Shown: piece after piece, positions 40,753 through 51,147 of the stretch
How positions within the stretch are numbered: the first letter of the stretch is position 1
Layout: every line of letters begins with the position of its first letter
Assembly: GCA_018238545.1 (NCBI GenBank)
Contig: JABCTC010000015.1
Location: forward strand, 15,825-79,824
Length of the DNA: 64,000 nt
Reading direction: 5' to 3'
From: Candidatus Heimdallarchaeota archaeon
GTDB lineage: Archaea > Asgardarchaeota > Heimdallarchaeia > Heimdallarchaeales > Heimdallarchaeaceae
Position numbers and translations under genes: made by a program
Notes under the pieces: generated by a model
Seen by the model: the letters and a program-made list of their open reading frames with translations, nothing else
The model's database searches: none
What the model was told of the DNA's origin: nothing

Positions 40753-40833
40753 TTACCTTACGAGTTTTTCCTATTTATACAGAGATAATATTTACTTATA
40801 AAGAAATCTAATATATTCAGCATTTACTACATT

Positions 40834-41012
40834 GTTCCAGTAGAAATTTGATTAATGTGACATGAGTCTGATGATGTCGTGATTCGTGGGAACTGGGGGG
40901 TCTAGCTTGAGAAAACGCCAATTTCCATTGGAAACCATGGGGAGGGGCTTTTAGACGCCCTAAAGAAAAATATCGTGAGAAATGGGCTTATTGTCGGGAC
41001 TCTGTGAAGGGG
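40834..41012. promoter_or_regulatory. Candidate replication origin with ORB-like boxes
   Basis: TTCCATTGGAAACCATGGGGAGGGG (40923-40947), GTTCCAGTAGAAAT (40834-40847), TTCGTGGGAACTGGGGGG (40883-40900) in a non-coding gap. Confidence 0.6.
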
Positions 41013-41181
41013 TTTTTGTCGGAGAATGTAATACCAGAACAATATTTGTGAATCAGAAATTTTCCGATTTTCCAAATAAAAGACGTATATTTGGGAGAAA
41101 TACAAGATACTGCAGGATTTTTCTTTTTGTATAGAAACTTTAAAAAACTCAAGATTAGAACTCATCCTAATCGTTTACAAA

Positions 41182-41310
41182 GGGCCGATAGTTCAGCTGG
41201 AAGAACGCTTCGCTTGCAAGAACTAAACTAGTTCCAAGTTCCGAAGAGGCCTCGGGTTCAAGATTCAGTTTCTTGTGGGAAATTGAGTGAATATCCCGAT
41301 CGGTCCACCA
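41182..41310 (+). tRNA. tRNA-Ala(TGC) with two introns (37/38: 41219-41240; 59/60: 41263-41293)
   Basis: Removing both BHB-flanked inserts gives a canonical cloverleaf with a G3:U70 pair and CCA. Confidence 0.9.
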
Positions 41311-41382
41311 TCCTTTTTTTTATGACTTTATATTCTGACTTATATTATATTCAATAATGAGAAAAACGTAGTTTGATAATAA

Positions 41383-43887
41383 ATGATGAATGATGGTAAA
41401 TCAATAAGTATAGCACCAAGAGATCAACAAGTTAGTTTAGCATCATATTCAAAGATTATCTCACAACAAAATCAGATGGCTAGTATCTTTACAGATAAAT
41501 TAGTCAAACAACTAAGTTTGTCATCTAAAAGCTCACTAGATGACTTTGTAAAAAACTTGAAAAAACTAGTTGAAGGCAAGAATTTTGGTAAAAATAAACT
41601 AAAAAACATAATTCCAAAAAGGAAAGCTAAAGAAGTTATTGACAAAATATTAATGCTTAGAAAACAAGATGGTGCAACAAAAGAACTCTTCATAACTTTT
41701 ATACTCATGATTTTGGGAGATATTGAAAAGAAAACTAAGAATCGTACAATAAAATACTTAGTAGATTATGTTGACAGGTCTAACATTGTAGCGGGTTTTG
41801 GTAAAACGCATGGAAGAAGGCAGGGGTTTGATATTCTCATTATTAAGATGAACAAAGAGAAAAATATGGTTTCAAGTATTAGTTTTGGAGAACTAAAATA
41901 CAGATACAATTTAGAAACAATATTAAGCCGAAGTCAATTACCATTCTCTAAAAGTAGAAAGAAGAAAATAAAAGAGTTAAAAGAGAATAAGCTAGGTCCA
42001 TATCTAACCTTTGATAACTCATTAGAATATCTACCAGACACAGGCTTCTCTTTCAATTCCACTTACAACAGAGGGAACGATCTAATAATCAAAATGACGA
42101 GTTGGGATAAACATATTCATGAAATTATTGCAAGTGATAACACACTCACGTTAAATAATAAAATACTTACAAAAAAACTTCCAAATGGAAAACTATTCTA
42201 TCAAGCACTTAAGGAGGCTATCCTAGAACAAGCATACTTAGAAGCATTGTGTGAAAATGGATTAATCTTTGATGAAGAAGGAAAAATCAAGACTGAACAC
42301 ATATTTAGCTTTATAGAAAAAGGTTTCAAAATTAATATAACTTCAGAAGATTTTGAAACACGCAAATTATACCAAAAAGATGAAACCGGGAGATATGTCA
42401 CATTTAATCTTGTTAATAGAATTAATGACGAGTTTCCAAGTATTCTAAAAGAACATAAAGATAGATATAAGGTATACATATCTGAAGGATCTGTAAATGC
42501 ATTTAGTATTTGCAAAGAAAGTCACAAAATTGTTACATCAGAAGATTATTACAAACAAAACAAACAGAAGTTAATTGCAGAGATTAAAACTCGCTTCATT
42601 AATGATTTTAGGGATTTTAAGCTTCTTTCACAATGGAAAAATATAATTGAAGTTGAAGCTGAGATTAGAAGTGATCTCTTATTTGTTACAAGTTCTCCAA
42701 AAGAAACACCAAATAGAAATGGATGGAGCATCTGGGAAAATATGAAAAGAGGAAAAGAAGAAAATTTACTTTTTGGACCAGATAGAGTTTATCAATATGC
42801 TCTGAAACCACCAATAAGCAATAAATTAGCTTTGAAGAGCAAATGGTTTTTAGAATTAAATGAAGTATTTGAAGGTAAAAAAACAGATGTAAGAAAACAG
42901 GGGAAAAAACACAAATTATCAAGACTAAATAAGAAAAAAGAGGGGGATGTTTGTAGAAGTTATAGGGAATTGCGTAAAAGATGGCACAAATCAGGTTATC
43001 CAAATATATGTAATTATGGTAAAATAAATCCCGAAAGCCTCTTTGGATCAGGTATTAGCAACAAAGTAAGCATTGCTACTGAATGGTCGAAGCTTAAAAT
43101 AGGGAAGGAGTATAGAGAAGAAAATCGGATTGTAAAAATTAAATCAATATTTGTAGAACCTGACAGTTTCCATGACAGTTATTTAGATTTCCAGGTTGTA
43201 TTGATCCAAAAAAATGGTTCAAATCAAAAATTGATTTTAGAAGAACTAGAATCGAAGCCTCTAATTATCCATGATATTACAATACCAAAACAACACACTA
43301 GTTTATTTCCTTATCCAACAGAGAAAGTGAGAAATAGTAAACTAAATACTTATTTTAGAAGAGGTTTTGTGGATAGAAACGTCTTAGAAAAAACCTATCA
43401 AGTTCTGAATAGAAGTGAATTTGTTTGCGACAGTGATAGATTAGTCTTAGATGACCTTTACGGGATATGGGATTCTAATCTATCAAAAAAGGGAAAAGTA
43501 GAAGTATTATTCAATTCAATTGAAGCTACAATTCTTCTGATAGAAACATTAAAAATAATGGAAAACCTAACTAAACATTCTTTTAAACGTTTGAAATCAA
43601 ATAAAAAACTTCTAAAACATTTCAGAATTTCTTCAAGATTTCCGTTTTATATTACTTCATGGAAATCTTTCAAAAAACATTATGGGTTTGGTTTAATATC
43701 AAAAAGCACGTCTAACCACAAGAAACTTGTTGTTTATGAACTTCTAGGTGATGATTTACTTAATTTCCTTGTATTGATAAGAACAAGGTTAGATATGATG
43801 TTAAAATATTACAAGGAGTATAGATGGACAAAATCAGTTAAGAAAATAACAAGGGAACTTAAACAGTTTTTAAGAAAACACGATTGA
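41383..43887 (+). CDS. Large Lys-rich hypothetical protein with a possible PD-(D/E)xK nuclease motif
   Basis: GFDILII...FGELKY; very AT-rich; directly 3' of a tRNA. Confidence 0.5.
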   Translation: MMNDGKSISIAPRDQQVSLASYSKIISQQNQMASIFTDKLVKQLSLSSKSSLDDFVKNLKKLVEGKNFGKNKLKNIIPKRKAKEVIDKILMLRKQDGATKELFITFILMILGDIEKKTKNRTIKYLVDYVDRSNIVAGFGKTHGRRQGFDILIIKMNKEKNMVSSISFGELKYRYNLETILSRSQLPFSKSRKKKIKELKENKLGPYLTFDNSLEYLPDTGFSFNSTYNRGNDLIIKMTSWDKHIHEIIASDNTLTLNNKILTKKLPNGKLFYQALKEAILEQAYLEALCENGLIFDEEGKIKTEHIFSFIEKGFKINITSEDFETRKLYQKDETGRYVTFNLVNRINDEFPSILKEHKDRYKVYISEGSVNAFSICKESHKIVTSEDYYKQNKQKLIAEIKTRFINDFRDFKLLSQWKNIIEVEAEIRSDLLFVTSSPKETPNRNGWSIWENMKRGKEENLLFGPDRVYQYALKPPISNKLALKSKWFLELNEVFEGKKTDVRKQGKKHKLSRLNKKKEGDVCRSYRELRKRWHKSGYPNICNYGKINPESLFGSGISNKVSIATEWSKLKIGKEYREENRIVKIKSIFVEPDSFHDSYLDFQVVLIQKNGSNQKLILEELESKPLIIHDITIPKQHTSLFPYPTEKVRNSKLNTYFRRGFVDRNVLEKTYQVLNRSEFVCDSDRLVLDDLYGIWDSNLSKKGKVEVLFNSIEATILLIETLKIMENLTKHSFKRLKSNKKLLKHFRISSRFPFYITSWKSFKKHYGFGLISKSTSNHKKLVVYELLGDDLLNFLVLIRTRLDMMLKYYKEYRWTKSVKKITRELKQFLRKHD

Positions 43888-44025
43888 TAAATATAACAGA
43901 AATTATTTCCTGCTTAGTCCTCAATTTTCGTTTTTTATTTAATTGATTTTTCCTGCGTTCTTGATTACGTTGTTAATGTATAGGAAAAGATTTTTGATTT
44001 AGAGATATTAAAATACTTTACCCAT

Positions 44026-44964
44026 ATGATTTCCGTAGTTATCCCTGTTTACAATGAAGAAGGAAATGTCATTCCGCTACATACTGAATTAAAAGAAGTT
44101 CTCTCTTCTCTTTCACAAAAGTATGAAATAATCTTCATTGACGATGGATCAACTGACAACACACTAGCAAATCTCTGTTCATTGTTGGAAGAAGGAGAGA
44201 GGAATTTGAAAATTATACAGTTACGGAAACGATTTGAAAAAAGTGCAGCACTTGTCGCAGGTTTCAGATTAACAGTGGGAGACATTATCATAACACTTGA
44301 CGGAGACGGACAAGATGACCCACATAACATACCACAGCTCCTTGAGAAGCTAACAGAAGACATAGATGTTGTATGTGGGTGGAGGTATAATAGAAAAGAT
44401 TCTTTTCTTTTCAAAAAACTACCTTCCTGGATTTATAACAAACTTAACCGTGCATTCAATAAAGTCAATCTGCATGACAACGATTGCATGCTTCGTGTTT
44501 ATCGAAAAGAAGCTATATCAGAAATTGTTCTCCTTGGAGGAGATCACAGATATATTCCAGCTATCCTTCTTAATAGAGGTTTCAAGTTTGCTGAAGTAAA
44601 AGTTAATCATCGTAAAAGGTATAGCGGGAAATCAAAATATGGTGTTAAGAGAATATTCACAGGATTCTCAGATCTTATTACTTTTCGGTTTCTTTTCAGA
44701 TATGGGCATCGTCCCATGCACTTATTCTCAAGCATGGGTATTTTATCAATACTTCTCGCCCTTGCTTCTGGAATATATTTGTTAGTCGTAAAATATGCTT
44801 ATGGTGAGGATATAGGCACAAGACCACTGCTTCTTCTAACAATTCTCCTTGGTGTTGCAGGTTTTCAGTTTCTCTTTACGGGTTTTCTCGCTGAACTCAT
44901 TGTAAGACAAAAAACAACCGCTTCTTCACTTTATAGCATAAAAAAAGTGCATGAAAATAAGTGA
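44026..44964 (+). CDS. GT2 glycosyltransferase (DPM/ArnC-like)
   Basis: VIPVYNEE, DDGSTD, DGDGQ, two C-terminal TM helices. Confidence 0.93.
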   Translation: MISVVIPVYNEEGNVIPLHTELKEVLSSLSQKYEIIFIDDGSTDNTLANLCSLLEEGERNLKIIQLRKRFEKSAALVAGFRLTVGDIIITLDGDGQDDPHNIPQLLEKLTEDIDVVCGWRYNRKDSFLFKKLPSWIYNKLNRAFNKVNLHDNDCMLRVYRKEAISEIVLLGGDHRYIPAILLNRGFKFAEVKVNHRKRYSGKSKYGVKRIFTGFSDLITFRFLFRYGHRPMHLFSSMGILSILLALASGIYLLVVKYAYGEDIGTRPLLLLTILLGVAGFQFLFTGFLAELIVRQKTTASSLYSIKKVHENK

Positions 44965-44984
44965 AAGAAGATTGAACAAAAGAG

Positions 44985-46034
44985 CTATAATTCATAGTTT
45001 TGTTTCTTTTTCCTTCTTATAATAAGCACAAATATTCCCCCGACCAGTGCGGGTATCAGCATATTGAATACAGTTTGGATGATTGAAGCGCTAAAAGCAT
45101 ATTCCGATTGTATCAACAAACTATAGTAGACTAAGAAAGTAATAGTAAAATCTCTGATTCCAATGCCACTCAAGCTAATTGGTAGCAAAGAAACAATAGC
45201 TGCTATAGCCATAATACCAATTATTGCTAGAGTGTTCTGAAAACTCATTACTGTTGAACTCAAAGAAAAGATAAGCAAACTCACTTGAGTGCCTAACAGA
45301 ATCCAGAAACTGAAAGAAAGAAATGAAAGGATGGAATAGCTTCGCAAATTAAAGGAACTAAGATGGGAGTAATAACCCTCAATGTACTTTATTGCTTTTG
45401 GTTCATTCTCTTCTCCTTCAATGTTTTTCTTTCTCCTTAATCTCACAAGCAGAAAAACAATTTTCTTGATTATTTGTTTATTAAACGTAAAAAAGACGAT
45501 AATAGCAACAATAGCCAACCCTCCTGCAATTCCCCATTTGATAATGTTCCCTAATCCAGCAAAATAGAAAGGTAAAGCAATGATACTGAAAACACCTATA
45601 CTTATCAAGTCCATTACACGATCAAGGATTACACTGAAAACGCTAGATGATTCTTTTGTATCTGTCCATTTTGAAAGATAAAGGGCTCTAAGAACATCAC
45701 CAATTTTTGCTGGAGTCACTGAAGCACCAAAAGAACCTATGAAAATAAGCTGAAGAGTCTTCCAAAAACTGATGTTAATGTCAAGTTTCCTGAGAATATA
45801 CTTCCAGCGAATAACCTTGATGAGGATCATTAGGATAGAGATAAAAAATGCTACAAGTAATATCCAAGGATCGATTTGTATAATCGTTTCTACAAATGTT
45901 TTAGGGTTTACATAATATATGAGATAAGCTAGAAGGCATAGGGTAACCAATATTGCGGCGACATTCCTTATAACCCGAAAAGATTTGCTTGCTATTATCT
46001 GGCTAATTAAACCATTTTTTCCTCTTTCATCCAA
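44985..46034 (-). CDS. Lysylphosphatidylglycerol synthase TM-domain (flippase-like) protein
   Basis: RW..IL, TPAKIGD..R, DR..D, P.S.SGIG.RD. Confidence 0.87.
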   Translation of the reverse strand: MDERGKNGLISQIIASKSFRVIRNVAAILVTLCLLAYLIYYVNPKTFVETIIQIDPWILLVAFFISILMILIKVIRWKYILRKLDINISFWKTLQLIFIGSFGASVTPAKIGDVLRALYLSKWTDTKESSSVFSVILDRVMDLISIGVFSIIALPFYFAGLGNIIKWGIAGGLAIVAIIVFFTFNKQIIKKIVFLLVRLRRKKNIEGEENEPKAIKYIEGYYSHLSSFNLRSYSILSFLSFSFWILLGTQVSLLIFSLSSTVMSFQNTLAIIGIMAIAAIVSLLPISLSGIGIRDFTITFLVYYSLLIQSEYAFSASIIQTVFNMLIPALVGGIFVLIIRRKKKQNYEL

Positions 46035-46996
46035 CTGTAAGCATCCTCAAACATTTCTTTGAGTCCAAACTTGGGCTTAAAACCTACAATTTTCTCTAGT
46101 TTTGAGATATCGTATGTTCTGGTTGTTGAAAATTGATGGACTCTTCTTCTTGTAATTTTGGGTTTGGATTTGGTTATCTTAGCTACAAACTCACTTAGTA
46201 TTGCTAAAACATATGCTGTACCAAAACCTATTTTGAGAAAGCTGGGTTCTTTGTTACAAACCTTTCCAAGCATTTCGAAAATCTCTTTCACTGAAGAAGA
46301 AGAACCTGCAATGTTAAATGCCTCTCCGTTTGCTTTCTCCTCTTTACTACAAGCAATAAGAGCTTGAGCTACATCGCGGTGATGGACGAAAGAGAGAAGA
46401 GCTTTCCCACCCTTGATTAAAGGTATTTTCTTATCATTTAGAAGGAAATAGAAAAGCTTGGGAGTCATTTGCCTATCTCTTGGACCAACAATATAGGGAG
46501 GACGAACAGCACTAGCAAAGAAATCGTGCTCTTTTGCTTGTTTGAAAACCTCTTGTTCAGCATACCATTTGCTAAGATGATAGGGGTTAGAACCTTTTTT
46601 AGGATAATCTTCCTTGATAGGTTCTTTATAGGTTTGATAACCAAAAATACCAACAGTACTGACATGTAAAAACTTCTTACCGCCATTTTTCACAAATGCC
46701 TCAAGTAGATTTTTTGTGCCTAGTTGGTTCACAGTATAATATAGATCATCGGGTACATTTTCTCTTGCCTCACCTGCAGCATGGTAAACAATATCCACAC
46801 CCTCAAGAGCTGTCTCAAGCGAGAGTTTGTCTGTCAAATCTCCTTTAACAAAAGAAAAACCCATCTTCTTAAGATGTTCAGGTGGTTCATCAGAACGAAT
46901 GAGGATTTTGATATTTGCTTTCTTGTTTTCCAAAGCTACTTCTTCAGCAATAAAATACCCAACGGCACTAGTTGCACCAGTAACTAATATAGTCAT
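46007..46996 (-). CDS. NAD-dependent epimerase/dehydratase
   Basis: VTGAT, Y..SK...E, RP..I.GP.D. Confidence 0.9.
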   Translation of the reverse strand: MTILVTGATSAVGYFIAEEVALENKKANIKILIRSDEPPEHLKKMGFSFVKGDLTDKLSLETALEGVDIVYHAAGEARENVPDDLYYTVNQLGTKNLLEAFVKNGGKKFLHVSTVGIFGYQTYKEPIKEDYPKKGSNPYHLSKWYAEQEVFKQAKEHDFFASAVRPPYIVGPRDRQMTPKLFYFLLNDKKIPLIKGGKALLSFVHHRDVAQALIACSKEEKANGEAFNIAGSSSSVKEIFEMLGKVCNKEPSFLKIGFGTAYVLAILSEFVAKITKSKPKITRRRVHQFSTTRTYDISKLEKIVGFKPKFGLKEMFEDAYSWMKEEKMV

Positions 46997-47121
46997 TATT
47001 GTCGTTTGCAGATAAGTAAGGTAGTATATATTTTTTTAGACGTACAATTTTGCATGAAGTCAAAAAAAATTAACTTCTGAGGAAGCGAAACGCTTTTTTA
47101 AGCAAGTTTTGATGTTGACTT

Positions 47122-48552
47122 ATGATTAAGGTTTACAATACACTCTCGAGACAATTGGAAGAATTTGAGACAATTGAACCGGGTGTTGTACGCTGGTACA
47201 ACTGTGGTCCTACAGTAAATGGGTTGATGCACCTAGGTCACGCAAGATCAGCGGTAGCTTTCGATATAATCCGCCGTTACCTTGAATACCGAGGATACAA
47301 GGTCCGCTATATCATGAACTTCACAGATATTGAAGATAGAATGATAGAAGTAGCAACAAATGAGAAAAGGTCTGTGTTAGAGGTTGCGGAAGAGTATTTA
47401 CGAGGATTCCGAAGAGATATGAGTGCGTTGAATCTAAAAGAGGCTACAATAAATCCAAGAGCTATGTTGCACATCAATCAAGTGATAGAATTTATCCAAA
47501 AATTAGAAAAGAAAAATTATGCTTACGAAAGCAATGGTGATGTATACTTTGATGTGAAAAAATTCGAAGAGTATGGAAAACTATCAAACCAGAAACTGGA
47601 TAATATTCTGCAAGAAGGAACAGAAGATGCGAAAAACCCCAACAAGAGGTTTGCAGCAGATTTTGCCTTATGGAAAAAGAAGAAGCCAGGGGAACCATAT
47701 TGGCCATCACCATGGGGAGAAGGAAGGCCAGGTTGGCACAGTGAATGTGTACTTATGTCTAGTTTATACCTTGGGGAAGTAATTGATATCCACAGCGGTG
47801 GTCAAGATCTTATTTTTCCTCATCATGAAAATGAAATCGCTCAAGCTGAAGCTCTTAACAACAAACCATTTGTCAATTATTGGCTCCATAATGGTTATAT
47901 CAACATCGATAAAGAAAAGATGAGCAAATCGCTTGGTAATTTTACTAATATTATTGATTTACTAAAACAATATTCTGCAGATGCTGTTAGAATATTCATT
48001 GCACAAACCCATTATCGTAGTCCTATTGATTTTACAGAGGATATTATTGATCAAGCACAAGCTACTGCAAACAGACTGTTTGAGATATTTCTTTTAGTAA
48101 AATGGTTTTCAAAGAAAGAAGATACTGATAGTTCATTAGTAGAAATTGATAATGAAATGCTAAAAACTGTTGAACAATCACGAACAGCTTTTGTTGAAGC
48201 AATGAATGAAGATTTCAACACATCTAATGCTTTCGCAGTTATTTTCAATCTTACAAAGGAAGCAAATGACTACATCCGCAAATCTGATGAAATAAATCTA
48301 AAAGTCATACACTCCATAGACAAATTCTTCGATGAAATCCGTTCAGTCTTTGGTATTTTCGAGAATATTGAGGAAGATGATTCAACGAAGACAATTGGCA
48401 CTTTAGTTGACTTGCTAATAGAACTCCGCCAAAACTTCCGAAGTGAGAAAAACTGGGAAATGAGTGATAAAATCAGAGATGATCTAAAGAAAGCTGGTAT
48501 TGTTTTGGAGGATACACCTAAGCGAATATTATGGAAGATAGAAGAAAAATAA
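47122..48552 (+). CDS. cysS: Cysteine--tRNA ligase
   Basis: CGPTV, HLGH, GRPGWH.EC, KMSKS. Confidence 0.97.
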   Translation: MIKVYNTLSRQLEEFETIEPGVVRWYNCGPTVNGLMHLGHARSAVAFDIIRRYLEYRGYKVRYIMNFTDIEDRMIEVATNEKRSVLEVAEEYLRGFRRDMSALNLKEATINPRAMLHINQVIEFIQKLEKKNYAYESNGDVYFDVKKFEEYGKLSNQKLDNILQEGTEDAKNPNKRFAADFALWKKKKPGEPYWPSPWGEGRPGWHSECVLMSSLYLGEVIDIHSGGQDLIFPHHENEIAQAEALNNKPFVNYWLHNGYINIDKEKMSKSLGNFTNIIDLLKQYSADAVRIFIAQTHYRSPIDFTEDIIDQAQATANRLFEIFLLVKWFSKKEDTDSSLVEIDNEMLKTVEQSRTAFVEAMNEDFNTSNAFAVIFNLTKEANDYIRKSDEINLKVIHSIDKFFDEIRSVFGIFENIEEDDSTKTIGTLVDLLIELRQNFRSEKNWEMSDKIRDDLKKAGIVLEDTPKRILWKIEEK

Positions 48553-48763
48553 GTGCGTGAGTGTTATTTTACTCATAATAATTTGTATTGTAGACAGGTC
48601 TAGACCCTCTCTGTTCGTGATATGTTTTTTTATAATCTGTTGTTGTATTTTTCCTTGAACTATTATTGAATCACTAACGCACATATTACATGGCCACCAA
48701 AACTAGCTATGGCTTATATATTGACAAACGAATCTAACAGAAAAACAGCTTGAGAGAACTGAT

Positions 48764-50476
48764 ATGAAGCAAATCATTAATTATCTGAGATTAAAGAGAA
48801 GAGCGCTTACAGCCTTCTTCTTGATAATAATCTTTGCTTCAGTAAACATCTCACACACAAACTCAATGAGTAATGAAATTTATTCTCCGATAGAATTAAC
48901 CGCACCTCCTTATTTTGAGATTGAGTCAGATGATGATTTTGTCTCCTATGGTTTCCCAGGTTCAGGAAATCTTACAGATCCATATATTATAGAGAATTAC
49001 ACTATTTCAGGTAATTATGGCTCAATCATCGAGATAATTTCCACAACCAAACACTTCATTATCCGTAATTGTAATTTTACTGGGGGAGGTATTCGAATTG
49101 TGCATGTGGGTGTCGGTACAGCAATCATCACAAATAATACTATTGATGGTAGTTACATAGGTGTAGATGTTGGTTATGCTGATAATTGTACGATTACCTT
49201 TAATGAATGTAGAAACAATTATGGTGTGGGTATTTCGATTAATAATTGTAATTTCGCTTACGTAGTGAATAATACGTGTATTGACACAGATTATTATGGG
49301 ATGGGATTAATTTTTTACTATTCTCCTTACTCTACAATAGTAAATAACACCATTATAGATGGTGGAATGGTTGGATTGGATTTCAAATCTTCTACATTTA
49401 GCAATATCATCAATAATTCTTTTACAAATGGTGGTTTTAGATGCACGGATTGGGATAATTATGAATTATATAACGTTCAGAGCAACACGATAAATGGCAA
49501 ATTAATAGGATTCTTTGGCAATCAGAGTGACCTCGATTTATCAGATGAAGTCTATGGACAGTTCTTACTTTCTTCATGTGATAATGTGGCCATAAGAAAT
49601 CAGGATTTTAGTAATGCTCAGTATCTCCTTTATGCTGTGCACTGTGTTAATTTAACAGTTTCAGATTGTAATTTCAGTCAGGGTTATTTCACTTTACGGA
49701 TATTTCGCTGTCCCAATCTACTTTTTGTTAACAATCACATGTTTGAGAATCATGATGCAGGGAATATCGATTATGTCGACGGAGCCAGTATAACAAACAA
49801 CCATTTAGCAAATAATGAAAGAGGAGGGATCTATATTACCAGAAGTGATGATTTACTCATTAGTAACAATACTTGTAATGATAATCTAAGTGGAATAAGT
49901 GTTTATGAATCGGATTTTATTACATTAGAAAACAATTATTGCAATAATAATACCAGACAGGGGATAATTGTAAGTGAAAGTACAAACAGTAAGTTAGTGA
50001 ATAACACTCTTTCAAAAAATCACGGTAATGGTCTTAATTTGGTCAATTCCAGCAATTGTTTGATAATTTATAATCAGTTTCTTGATAATACAGGTTATGG
50101 GGTCATGATTGATGACACCTCTTCAAACAATCTTGTTCATCACAATGCCTTTGTTAAAAACAGATTTGGCAGCATATCTCAAGGATATGATGCAGGTCAG
50201 AACAATACTTGGTACGAGGAAGTAACACAAGAAGGCAATTATTGGTCGAACTGGAACGGAACAATCAGTTATGAGATTGCAGGTTTTGCCTTTTCTTCAG
50301 ATCTCTATCCCCTTTCTGAACCACCTGAATATCCACCAACTATACCCCCTGAGGAACCCACTGTTTTCGATAAAAGTAATTATTGGTATTTTATGTTCCT
50401 TTTGGCTATACCAATTTACGGTGGAATATATTACTATGTTATTAAAAAACTAAAAAAAGATAGGAAAGTGCTCTAG
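48764..50476 (+). CDS. Secreted NosD/PbH1 beta-helix protein
   Basis: Paralog of 23521-25467; GNYWS; C-terminal TM helix. Confidence 0.88.
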   Translation: MKQIINYLRLKRRALTAFFLIIIFASVNISHTNSMSNEIYSPIELTAPPYFEIESDDDFVSYGFPGSGNLTDPYIIENYTISGNYGSIIEIISTTKHFIIRNCNFTGGGIRIVHVGVGTAIITNNTIDGSYIGVDVGYADNCTITFNECRNNYGVGISINNCNFAYVVNNTCIDTDYYGMGLIFYYSPYSTIVNNTIIDGGMVGLDFKSSTFSNIINNSFTNGGFRCTDWDNYELYNVQSNTINGKLIGFFGNQSDLDLSDEVYGQFLLSSCDNVAIRNQDFSNAQYLLYAVHCVNLTVSDCNFSQGYFTLRIFRCPNLLFVNNHMFENHDAGNIDYVDGASITNNHLANNERGGIYITRSDDLLISNNTCNDNLSGISVYESDFITLENNYCNNNTRQGIIVSESTNSKLVNNTLSKNHGNGLNLVNSSNCLIIYNQFLDNTGYGVMIDDTSSNNLVHHNAFVKNRFGSISQGYDAGQNNTWYEEVTQEGNYWSNWNGTISYEIAGFAFSSDLYPLSEPPEYPPTIPPEEPTVFDKSNYWYFMFLLAIPIYGGIYYYVIKKLKKDRKVL

Positions 50477-50660
50477 CCAAAAGAGAATAGAGTAGTAAAA
50501 TAATATGAATAAGATTTCTCCTTTGTTCTTGTTGTAGAACAATTTAAGTTCTATTAGTTCCTTAAGAAAAGAGGAAACGAATAACTATATTATATTTTTT
50601 TTCTTTTTTTTACAATAATAATCTGAAAGAGTTTATATGTTATGAGCCAAAATTAGTTTT

Positions 50661-51071
50661 ATGTCTCCTATGAGTGTTCCTGAAGAATATAACTGGTATA
50701 TCTATCCCGCTATAGGTATAATGATTGTTGGAGTAGTTGCCTTCGTTGCATCTTTATTTATGGAGAATGAAATCTTATTATCTACGAGCGCCATCGCTAT
50801 TGGGTGTGGTTTCTTTGTTGCTGCGGGTGTAGGTTTTATTATCATTAGAAGAAAAAGGAAACACAAAGGGGATGAAGTTACAACCACAAGTAAAATTATA
50901 ATAATCGCGGCTTATCTGGCAAGTGTTATTTTCATTGCTGATGCAGCTATTATCACAGCAGATCCTGGCATTAATAATACTGCAATGGTTGTTATTCAAT
51001 GGAGTATATTTGCTGCATTAGTAATCGGATTAATCATTTTCTTTGTAATATTGGATAAGAGAAATGCATAA
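50661..51071 (+). CDS. Hypothetical 4-TM membrane protein
   Basis: Four hydrophobic segments. Confidence 0.65.
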   Translation: MSPMSVPEEYNWYIYPAIGIMIVGVVAFVASLFMENEILLSTSAIAIGCGFFVAAGVGFIIIRRKRKHKGDEVTTTSKIIIIAAYLASVIFIADAAIITADPGINNTAMVVIQWSIFAALVIGLIIFFVILDKRNA

Positions 51072-51147
51072 TAAACGATGAGATACTTTGTTTTCTTCCA
51101 TCTTTATTCCCGAAATTTTATTTATAAGTTAGAGAAAATTGTATCAT

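Noticed and set aside
40860-41020. SRP RNA, RNase P RNA or C/D sRNA
   Set aside because: No recognisable conserved motifs; the ORB-like boxes explain the G-richness better.
40902-41165. 87-aa minus-strand ORF
   Set aside because: It overlaps the ORB-like boxes and the tRNA promoter region, and its composition is not protein-like.
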